DNA of 64,000 nt from an uncultured delta proteobacterium. Lineage in GTDB: Bacteria; Desulfobacterota; RBG-13-43-22. The position numbers were made by a program, and so were the translations under genes. Below, piece after piece: positions 10,701-19,371 of this stretch (the first letter of the stretch is position 1; the number at the start of each line of letters is the position of its first letter). The DNA is taken from NCBI GenBank assembly GCA_963802945.1, contig CAWDKY010000030.1:32001-96000 (forward strand). Direction: 5' to 3'. The notes under the pieces are model-generated. The model was not told where the DNA came from, ran no database searches, and saw only the letters and a list, made by a program, of their open reading frames with translations.

Positions 10701-12434
10701 TTATCTATCCTTGGAGTGTTTAAAACCGGCTATGGCAAAATCACCGTCATAATTGATAACCGCCCAGACAGTTCGTGTATTCAAATCAATCCCGTAGGTG
10801 CCAAGTTCATAGCCGGACTTATACGGGCCGAGTACGAATTTCTTGGTGCCGCCGAAGTTCCTATCTACGGCATTAACCCACCGGTCGTTCTCATCCCTGG
10901 TGACCAGTCTCAAAAGACCCTTTTCGAGTTGTTTCGGGAGCAGTCTGTGGTGATCGTAGCTGAGTGAGAGCGCATACGTGTCGGTCTGTTCGCTGCCCAG
11001 GTCAGCCATGCCCCGTAACTTGAAGATGTTGCTGGCGAGATCAAGATCGGGGTTCCATATGTGGACAGGATATTTCTCGCGCCAACGGTCTACGTCAACC
11101 CAGCCGGTGTTGACGGTCTTCGTGAAGGGGCGCAGCGTGTAGTCCTTCGCCGTGCTGTTGTTGGTGCCGTCGAGGATCTTGGCGGTCGTGCCCTCGAAGC
11201 TGTCCTCCACCGTGGTGTAGGTCGCTGCTTGCGGCACGAGGAATTCCTTGCCGTTGTGGCAATAACCCCAGGTCTCTTTCTTGACAAAATTGAAGGTGGG
11301 AGTGATGTGGCTGCCGGCCGTGCTGCAGGACTGCGGGGTCGTGCCATCGGGGTAGCAGTTGTCGGACGCCAGTTGCCGTGGTCATCGGAGTAGTAATCGA
11401 CGGTCACACAGGGGCCATCGACAGTGTAGATGTAGTAGCCGGGCGTGTACCTTTCCTGGGAGACTGACGTCTCACGGCTTTTCTGGCCGAACCACTTGGC
11501 GTCATTCAGGGCCTTGGGCGTATAGAATTTGCTGCTGTTTGAGGCCGAGATGATCTCTTCAACTTGAGACTTACCATCCGGACTGGTGATGATCGACCGC
11601 TGATGAATATGGTCGTGGCCACTGATGAAGTACTTTACACCATTGTTTTGCAGGCTGGCAAAGAAGGCGTTCTGCCAGTCCGGGTTCGCATTCGTATAGC
11701 CACTAAACATCGTATCCTGGTGATTCTCGGCCATAAGGGGCTGATGTGCAAAGACGAAGGCGTGCTCCGTGCCGCGCGCTGGTCTTATCGAGCCGGTTGC
11801 TGATCCAAGCCTGCTGATCGTTCACCGTATAACCATAGGCGTAACCATCGGCGTTATTGTCGACTTTGCTGGGCGTCGCCCAGTTGTCGATGATGACGAA
11901 ACGGGCTTTGTTTCCAGAGTTACCATAGTCAAACGAGTAGCTCATGCCGGCCAGATCCGAGCTCACCAGGGTGGGACTGCTGAAATCTGAGCCGAGCTTA
12001 AATTGGTGATGGTTGGTTTTGGTGAACGTGCCCGTTTGGGTCTGCGGGTAGTTATGCTGGAAAACCGGGATGCCGTAGTTGTTATTCGTGCCGTAGGTCT
12101 CGTGGTTGCCACGGAAGGGGAAGAAGCCGATACCGGCGTCGATCAACGGTTGGGCGGCGGCGGCGCGGGTAACTTCGGAAATGTCATTGCCGTCGTCCGT
12201 CAGGTCGCCAACCTCGATGACGAATTTCACGCCGGCATTGATAAACTGCTGGTTGATTTGGTTGATGATGGACACGGGTACGGTGTTGGGATTTGCACCA
12301 GCCGGGTCGATCGTGGTCCACTGGGTATCTCCCATCACGCCGAATTTCCAGGGTTCCGCAGATACAGACCCCGCCGCTAAGAGGATCGGTGGCAGCAGGG
12401 CAAACAGTATTTTAGAAAAAAGTCTCTTTTTCAT
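10701..12434 (-). CDS. Secreted calcineurin-like metallophosphoesterase, split by two frameshifts (~11775, ~11368)
   Basis: Signal peptide; GDTQ, GDLTD, GNHE, FAH, GHDH motifs spread across three ORF pieces. Confidence 0.85.
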
Positions 12435-12608
12435 ATTATTTCCTTTTCAAGGTTTTTAATTGTTGTCTGTATTCCCTTTATTAGGGAGAGTCACTAAGCC
12501 CTACCGTTTCAGCGCGTTAAGTGAGACACTCCATCAGGTATTATTACTCCGGCAAAAAAATACCTAATTTCCCTCTTTTGGGACAAACCGGTCAGGAAAG
12601 TTTAAGAC

Positions 12609-13664
12609 CTAAATGCGATCCTCAATTACATGGACGGAGATGATGGATCCGGTCACCTGGCTCCTTCCGGTAAAAAGGAAGATGATCAGCCATAAAACCT
12701 GAAGAAAAATAAGGAGAGCCGGGTTCCATAACGAATTTAATCCAGCCATGAGGTCCGGGGTAAATGCCCGGGATTCATTAAAATAGAATATTAGAGAGCA
12801 AGCATAAATAATAATGAAAAGACTCATCCATTGGTAGACAGAGATCCGATACCGCCCCCGATAATCTGCCCTGAAAAATTCTGAAACAAAACGCCACAAT
12901 TGGATACAAATCATAATTCCCAGAAAGGCCTGTACCTTATGCCCGTGGAGGAAAACATAGGTGCCTAAAAGGGCTGAACACAGGTAGATTATTGAAGTGA
13001 TGGCTTGGATGGGAATAACCGGCACCCCGTCCAGCCCACTGGCGTAGGCGATTTTTTTAGTTTTCCCGGAAAAAATAAAACTAAACCTCTTGAAAATTCT
13101 TTGAACCACCTGAGAACATTGTGAAAGGGGTTTTCCATAGCAACATCCGAAACTGATACAAGCCAGCCTTCCTGTTCCTTCTCCAAAAGCGTAGCCGATG
13201 GTCAAAACCGCGAGCACGGTCATGACCGGAACATCCGATTCGATCCAGGAACGAAGGATTTGATTGCCGAGCTCAATGACCCAGGGCCCCAGCAGGACGC
13301 CCACAAAGAGTGCTCCTCCCACAGTCGAAGTATGCTTTCTCTTTTCAACTAGGCCGGCGATTACTTTTGAAGCCGGTAGACAGACCAGGGCCACCAGGAT
13401 GGCAATGAACAGAATAACCCTCATGGGAACTCCGACCGCTCCCAAAAGAATAATCGTTATCGTGGTCCCGATACAATAAGAGCAGGCAATCAAAAGACCA
13501 TAATAGGTCAGATTTAATCCTGCCCAGTTATTCTGGTTGGTCTTCTTCCGGGGAACAGAGGCCAGTATCTGCCATTTTTCTCCGGGCAACACCCTGAAGC
13601 CCCAGTATAAAAGGAGGATGTAAAAAAGGGCCAGACCTGACACAAATCCTTCAGCAGATATCAT
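12609..13664 (-). CDS. Lgt-like (prolipoprotein diacylglyceryl transferase fold) membrane protein
   Basis: YYGL, VGGA, GRLACISFGCCYG, PIQ, RFVSEFFRAD; ATG 13664 overlaps the end of the PSD gene. Confidence 0.75.
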   Translation of the reverse strand: MISAEGFVSGLALFYILLLYWGFRVLPGEKWQILASVPRKKTNQNNWAGLNLTYYGLLIACSYCIGTTITIILLGAVGVPMRVILFIAILVALVCLPASKVIAGLVEKRKHTSTVGGALFVGVLLGPWVIELGNQILRSWIESDVPVMTVLAVLTIGYAFGEGTGRLACISFGCCYGKPLSQCSQVVQRIFKRFSFIFSGKTKKIAYASGLDGVPVIPIQAITSIIYLCSALLGTYVFLHGHKVQAFLGIMICIQLWRFVSEFFRADYRGRYRISVYQWMSLFIIIYACSLIFYFNESRAFTPDLMAGLNSLWNPALLIFLQVLWLIIFLFTGRSQVTGSIISVHVIEDRI

Positions 13665-14700
13665 CGTGCCTTTCCGCGACCATAGGTTCAGCCATTGCCA
13701 CGGCAATGGGGGATCTGACCTGGATCTCTGTTTCAACCAAAGATTGACCGAAACCTTTGGAAAAAAGGCTGGTGGTCTCCTGATTTTTCATATTGGCAAT
13801 CAAATCCCTACAAAAAATAACCCTTCCCTTTTGGAAAATAAGTACGTTAGTGGAGCTACCGGGCCGATAAAGACTTTTTGGCCAGCCTTTTTTTAAAAAC
13901 ATTCCCTTGGTAATTTTGGAAGGCTGATCATACTTTTTTTCACTATAACACTGGACGATATCTCCGATCAATAGCGCCACCACTTCAATCATGGCTACCA
14001 AACCGACCTTTGTTCCGCCTTCCACATCGGTATCGATGATGGTAACCACCCTTTTATTTTTTGAAAAGGGTGTAACCATGGTAATAATGGCCTCAGGATG
14101 GCAGGAATGACAATCTCCCTGGATTTCGAAGAAGTCGAGAACCCTTCCAGCAACGGGGGTGTGGTTATAATGGTATTTTTCCGGGGTTAAACGGAAAACG
14201 GCAAAGTCTCCATCCTTAAAAAGAGTTTGATAAAGAATATTATTGTTTCCTAAAAGTTCTGCAAGACTAAAAAATTTATCCTTCAGGAAAAGCTGGGAGG
14301 TTTCACAGAAAGAGCCCATCAAAACCCTTGAGTCGGAAGGAGAAACAACGATTCGGACTTGTTCGGACATAGGACGGGTTTCCCAATATCTGATCTTTCG
14401 TTCAAATATTTTTCGGGTCGTATTAAGAGATTCAGGGTCGTCCAGGCACTCTGAAAGATCAATATTTAAACCATGGAATAGTTTTTTGGTGCCGGTTATC
14501 CGACCCCCCAGGGTATTATCATATACAAAATGGGCCAAAAAGCCGGACAGTCGGGGGGAAATCAGGGCGTTGAAAAGAATGGGGGCATTTTCCCGCATCC
14601 GGGAATAGACGAATCGAATGGATCGATCTCCGAAAAAAGTCTCAGTCTTGATCCGAAATGTCTCTCTTTCAATATACTGATGCGATGACTTTTTCATCAT
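13651..14700 (-). CDS. Phosphatidylserine decarboxylase-family proenzyme
   Basis: SPSDS, RLTPEKYHYNHTPV, KNKRVV, pyruvoyl-cleavage-like GSST. Confidence 0.85.
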   Translation of the reverse strand: MMKKSSHQYIERETFRIKTETFFGDRSIRFVYSRMRENAPILFNALISPRLSGFLAHFVYDNTLGGRITGTKKLFHGLNIDLSECLDDPESLNTTRKIFERKIRYWETRPMSEQVRIVVSPSDSRVLMGSFCETSQLFLKDKFFSLAELLGNNNILYQTLFKDGDFAVFRLTPEKYHYNHTPVAGRVLDFFEIQGDCHSCHPEAIITMVTPFSKNKRVVTIIDTDVEGGTKVGLVAMIEVVALLIGDIVQCYSEKKYDQPSKITKGMFLKKGWPKSLYRPGSSTNVLIFQKGRVIFCRDLIANMKNQETTSLFSKGFGQSLVETEIQVRSPIAVAMAEPMVAERHDDIC

Positions 14701-17107
14701 ATTTTTCGGACTTTCTTTTTTCCAAGGTGTATTGTTTTTTATCGTTATCGATGCTCAACAGAGTCAAATGGATTAGCTGCCGCAGAAATTCTTCCGGAAC
14801 CTTTTCTTCGGTTATTTCGTTGCAGGCGGCTTGAGGGGAGGTTCTCCTTTCCAGAACGTTTATCAAACCCGCATGAAAAAAGGGATCATCACTCACAGCC
14901 CGGGAATCGATTTTCATCAAATCTTCTTCCAATACCGTCAGGGCTTCATAAATATGACGTTTCCTCAAATCCTCCCGGTAAAACTTTTCAGCAGTCTGAT
15001 TAAATTCCCGGGCCGAAAGATTTTTTGGCGTTGAGGCCCTCGTCCCAGATAAAATTCCCCGGGTCAGCTTTCCCGAGACGGACAAGGCCTTCGAATTTTC
15101 AACCCGGGCTTTGAGTTCCCGTAAAATATCTCCAAGCCCCATGAGCTCAATCAGGTCCGCTCCGTCTTTTTCTATGGTCCTTATCAGGGCCTTTCGAAAT
15201 TCGAAATGATACACCCGGACATACCCGGGGTATCGGCGACTTAAGCGGGTCCGGTCGGTCTTCTCCAGAATTTTTGTCATAAATCTGTTAGAGGTATTTT
15301 TTCTGACAAAAAAGGTGGGGATATCAATAGCTGACCCGAAAAAAATTTGTCGTCGTTCACTTTCGATGGTCGGGGTATCGGGTATGGAGGCGTGAGTCAC
15401 CTCACCGGTAAGGATGTACTTATAGGCCAGAGCGGTGATCAGGGTCTGAAGACTTGCGGCCTGGCCCATATCATCCATCAAACTTTCAAAAAGGCTGTAG
15501 TGCCTCCCCTCAAAGCCGGTGAAACCCATTTGTGAAAAAGTCCTCAGCCGGCAGAGAAGATAGAGTGACATGCCGGCATCGAACACACCCAAAGCTGCCA
15601 GATCTTTCTTAAGTCGATCGGCATTACCAAGGGTTCCATCAAGGGCCGGACTTTGGTCGGTGCTCAGCAGGGCTACGGGGTAGTCAATCAATCTAAAGTC
15701 CTGAACAAAATCTCCCTTTAAGGAAAAAACCCGGCTGAAAAGGACATCCAGCCACCTGGGTCCGAAGGGTGTGATCGGCTGGCCCAGTATCTTGAGATCG
15801 GCCTTCTTGGTCCACCTTCGCCAGATCATACGTAAATGGGTATAATCCAGTTCATGGGGTAAAAAACCGAGGGCTTTCTCAGGATGAAAATCCTCAAAAT
15901 CGAGTCGATAGGGTGCTGCGCTATAGATACCCACAAAGAGGGGCAGGAAGTGTTCGATGATTTTTATGGCCAGATCTCCAAGATGCTTTTCATCTGCTTC
16001 TCCAAATCCGGAGTCCGGATCGGCCAGAAGGTCAGTCAATTTGCGACTCCCAAGGCTGATGTGAGTTCCGTTATTGGCCAAACTGATATTCGAGAGATTC
16101 GGCAGTACCACCAGGTTGTTGACGATAATGCCGCTTTCTTTCAGCTTGGGAATGATGTTCAATTGACTGCGTGATAAGACCTGATGGCATAGATTCATAT
16201 ACAAAAACTTGGCTTCCCCCTGAGTCCAACCCGAAAGGCAGGGATTCATGAAGAGTTCCCGATAAAAGGCGTCGGATATCATGTTATTCAGCATTTTCTG
16301 TCGAACCGGGGGGTGCGGTGCAAAATACAAAATCACCCTCTGCCCGTTGGCTGTCAGTTGAAAATGCCTATTGGCATATAGGATCAAAAGTTGGGTTAAA
16401 AGATACCTCTTCAATGTCTCCCGGGCCAGACCCTTTCCCATCCCGGAGGAAACGTTCAATAGGACTGGGGCGAAGGAATAGGTTTCCGGAGAGGTATTAT
16501 CATTAAGAAAATGTTCCATTACCTGTTTCCCGGTCTCCATAACGGAGGAATGGATCCAGGGATCCGCATATAGGGCCTCGAGAAGGGCCAGCTTGAGAAG
16601 ATAACTAACCGGAACCCTCAGCCATTCCTCTCCGTCTTTATTGAAGATGAATTTATCCAGATCGCTTCTTTGAGGACCGTCTGAATTCCTTTTATCAGCC
16701 TGGAGATCCTTCAGAAGGACCTTATAGGTGTGTCTGCTCATCAATTTCCTGGGAAACCGTACCCAACTGTTTTCCCAAATCTGATCCGGATTATCCTGTA
16801 AATATTTTTCAACTTCTTGTAGGGCTTTTTTCGATGTCTCCCCGGCCCGAAATCGTTTGATCATGCTCTGATAATACCCCGATTCCTGAATGGCAATGGC
16901 CAAGTCGACATCGCCTCTCTTTCCAATCACCACCGTCTGAAATTCATTTTCCGAACCGGCCGTGGTGTCGTTTGGGGTGAAAGGAATGGATTGAGCAAAG
17001 GTATCGGATGAAAGACCGTTGATCCCCAGGATGTCCAGGATGGAGGATAAGGACTTGGTAAAGCCCATACGGTTACCTTGGAAATCTTTTCTTAACGGTA
17101 TGGCCAT
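14669..17107 (-). CDS. 812-aa hypothetical protein, putative glutamate-cysteine-ligase/carboxylate-amine-ligase fold
   Basis: TAGSENEFQ, NNGTHISLG, DFRL and FEGRH resemble GCS2/YbdK motifs TxGxExExQ, GxHVHVG, DxR, ExR. Confidence 0.55.
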   Translation of the reverse strand: MAIPLRKDFQGNRMGFTKSLSSILDILGINGLSSDTFAQSIPFTPNDTTAGSENEFQTVVIGKRGDVDLAIAIQESGYYQSMIKRFRAGETSKKALQEVEKYLQDNPDQIWENSWVRFPRKLMSRHTYKVLLKDLQADKRNSDGPQRSDLDKFIFNKDGEEWLRVPVSYLLKLALLEALYADPWIHSSVMETGKQVMEHFLNDNTSPETYSFAPVLLNVSSGMGKGLARETLKRYLLTQLLILYANRHFQLTANGQRVILYFAPHPPVRQKMLNNMISDAFYRELFMNPCLSGWTQGEAKFLYMNLCHQVLSRSQLNIIPKLKESGIIVNNLVVLPNLSNISLANNGTHISLGSRKLTDLLADPDSGFGEADEKHLGDLAIKIIEHFLPLFVGIYSAAPYRLDFEDFHPEKALGFLPHELDYTHLRMIWRRWTKKADLKILGQPITPFGPRWLDVLFSRVFSLKGDFVQDFRLIDYPVALLSTDQSPALDGTLGNADRLKKDLAALGVFDAGMSLYLLCRLRTFSQMGFTGFEGRHYSLFESLMDDMGQAASLQTLITALAYKYILTGEVTHASIPDTPTIESERRQIFFGSAIDIPTFFVRKNTSNRFMTKILEKTDRTRLSRRYPGYVRVYHFEFRKALIRTIEKDGADLIELMGLGDILRELKARVENSKALSVSGKLTRGILSGTRASTPKNLSAREFNQTAEKFYREDLRKRHIYEALTVLEEDLMKIDSRAVSDDPFFHAGLINVLERRTSPQAACNEITEEKVPEEFLRQLIHLTLLSIDNDKKQYTLEKRKSEKYDEKVIASVY

Positions 17108-17124
17108 TTTCTCCTTCCAGATAA

Positions 17125-17847
17125 TTATTTTTCCGTTAGACTCCTTAAAAAACCTATCTGCCCGAAAGAAGCCCGGGAGGAAGACCGGGTACCGTCGGAA
17201 TTGGCGGCTAGGCTGATGATCAACCTGTGTTTGGTCTTGATTTCAATTCCCCAGACCTGCTTGAAATCTTCAAGGATATTCCGATACTCCTTATGCCACT
17301 CCCCCAGACCGGCCGATCCGCTGCGCAAGACCATATATTTGATATTGCGGGAAGATAGAGAAGGATAAACCCCAGGCGGAGCGCTGTTATCCCAGACATA
17401 GCCGACCGATTTAAAATTAACCGTTTCCGGAAAATACGGTAGAGTCACATACAACCCTGCCGCTTGATCATCGGTTTCTCTCCGTCGTAGATCACCATGG
17501 GCAGGATGCCGCTCCACCATCCACTCAAAAAATAAAAAGGGATAATGGATAATATCCAGGTCCTTCACCTCCCGCACCAGCATGAAATTACTGCCATCCG
17601 TCGTCAGGGTAATCATCGGCCGCGGGGTTTTCTTGATTTGAAAATCCGCCCGGCCTTTAAATTCCTTGACCTTCCAATCACTAAAATTTTTATCGTAACT
17701 GTCGATCGGGATCCCGGACTGGGAAAAAACTGGGCTAACGATCAGGATTTCAATCCACAAAAACAGCAGGAAAAATTTTTTCCTCAATGAGGACTTCAAT
17801 CCTATCACCGGCAAATTCTTTCCCTCCAGAGGTATGAATTCTTTCAA
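17125..17847 (-). CDS. DUF3047-like exported protein
   Basis: YPFLFFEW, TDDQAA, YVWD, GEWHKEYRNILEDF pattern; N-terminal hydrophobic segment. Confidence 0.7.
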   Translation of the reverse strand: MKEFIPLEGKNLPVIGLKSSLRKKFFLLFLWIEILIVSPVFSQSGIPIDSYDKNFSDWKVKEFKGRADFQIKKTPRPMITLTTDGSNFMLVREVKDLDIIHYPFLFFEWMVERHPAHGDLRRRETDDQAAGLYVTLPYFPETVNFKSVGYVWDNSAPPGVYPSLSSRNIKYMVLRSGSAGLGEWHKEYRNILEDFKQVWGIEIKTKHRLIISLAANSDGTRSSSRASFGQIGFLRSLTEK

Positions 17848-17920
17848 TGTGAGTCCTGAGCTGAAAATCTAACCTTCTCCTTAGATTACTGTTAACCAGA
17901 TTTCAGTTAACAGGATGTTT

Positions 17921-17947
17921 GTTAAGAACACATTATGGTCAGGTTAC
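17921..17947 (-). promoter_or_regulatory. Pho-box-like triple repeat upstream of the DUF3047-ligase-PSD-Lgt operon
   Basis: Minus strand GTAAC-N6-ATAAT-N6-TTAAC. Confidence 0.65.
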
Positions 17948-17967
17948 TTTTCAGAGATTTTTTATTC

Positions 17968-19269
17968 TCAGAGCAACCCCGATCCTAATTCGGCTACCGG
18001 GGAGCGTTCTCCCTTGACCAGGGTTACATGACCGACAATTTCCTCGTCTTTCATTCTTTCCACCAGATAGGCCAGGCCGTTGCTGGAGACATCCAGATAA
18101 GGGTGATCAATTTGCTCCAGATCCCCGGTAAAAACGATCTTGGTTCCCTTGCCCACCCGGGTGATCAAGGTCTTGATCATATGAGGGGAAAGGTTTTGGG
18201 CCTCATCACAGATGATAAATTGTTTTGGAATGCTTCTTCCCCGGATATAGGTCAAGGCCTCCAATTCAATCAATCCCCTGTATTTTAAATCATTGATCAA
18301 TTCCAAGGGTTCAGGTGCATTGGCTGATAAAAACTCCAGGTTATCGAAAATCGGCTGCATCCAGGGCCGGAGTTTCTCTTCCTTGGTGCCCGGCAGATAC
18401 CCCAGATCCTGCCCCATGGGGATTACCGGGCGGGTAATCAATAGACGGGTATATTTATTTTGTTCCACAACCTTCTCCAGTCCGACGGCCAGGGCTAAAA
18501 GGGTCTTACCTGTTCCGGCACTCCCTACCAGAGTGACTACTTTGATATTATCGTTGGAGAGAAGTTCCAGACCAAATTTTTGTTCTTTATTTAAGGCCCT
18601 GATTCCCCAATTGGTTGAATCCCCGTGGGCCAGAGGCCACAAATAATGCTGAAAATAACGACTCAATGCGGATTGGGAGGCATTGTTTTGATTTTTAAGA
18701 ATAAAAAATTGATTAGGTTTTGCCTTTAACCCCTCTTTGGCTGGAAGCTTACCCTGCCGGAAGAAAAGGTTCAACTCGCCGGTGGATAACTGGAGTTCGG
18801 CAACCCCGCTGTAAAATTCCTGAAAATTAATTTTATCTTTATAAAAATCCTCGGCCGGTATACTCAATACGTCGGCCTTAATGCGTAGATTCAAATCCTT
18901 GGTTACCAGGATAACTGGTTCTTCCGTGTTTTTTGAAAAATAGTAGGCCACCGCCAGTATACGGTTGTCGTACTTCTGAAGATCAAAACCTGAGGAGAAA
19001 CTACCCATCTCTTGATGGTTTAACTCGACCCGTAACTTTCCTCCCTTTTGAAGGGTCACCCCTTCGGATAACCGTCCCTGTCTACGCAGGGTATCCAGGA
19101 GTTTTGAGAATACCCGGGCATTTCTCCCGACTTCATCCTGCCTTTTTTTCTGGTTGTCAATCTCCTCGATCACCGCCAAAGGGATGACCACCTCGTTATC
19201 CTCGAAAGCAAATATTGCCTCCGGGTTAAACAAAAGTACATTCGTATCCAGGACATACATTTTTTTCAT
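17968..19269 (-). CDS. PIN-PhoH (PhoH2/YlaK-like) ATPase
   Basis: VLDTNVLL PIN motif; GSAGTGKT, LGYLPG, RGRS, DEAQN. Confidence 0.93.
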   Translation of the reverse strand: MKKMYVLDTNVLLFNPEAIFAFEDNEVVIPLAVIEEIDNQKKRQDEVGRNARVFSKLLDTLRRQGRLSEGVTLQKGGKLRVELNHQEMGSFSSGFDLQKYDNRILAVAYYFSKNTEEPVILVTKDLNLRIKADVLSIPAEDFYKDKINFQEFYSGVAELQLSTGELNLFFRQGKLPAKEGLKAKPNQFFILKNQNNASQSALSRYFQHYLWPLAHGDSTNWGIRALNKEQKFGLELLSNDNIKVVTLVGSAGTGKTLLALAVGLEKVVEQNKYTRLLITRPVIPMGQDLGYLPGTKEEKLRPWMQPIFDNLEFLSANAPEPLELINDLKYRGLIELEALTYIRGRSIPKQFIICDEAQNLSPHMIKTLITRVGKGTKIVFTGDLEQIDHPYLDVSSNGLAYLVERMKDEEIVGHVTLVKGERSPVAELGSGLL

Positions 19270-19310
19270 GGATTAAAGCCCTTCCATTTGATTGGTCAAA
19301 AATACTGTCT

Positions 19311-19326
19311 ATGAAAAGGATGTGAA
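19311..19326 (-). promoter_or_regulatory. Pho-box-like repeat upstream of PIN-PhoH
   Basis: Minus strand TTCAC-ATCCTT-TTCAT. Confidence 0.55.
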
Positions 19327-19371
19327 ACTTTAAAATGTTCAAGGGAGCAAGCATTAGAAGGTTCCAATAAA

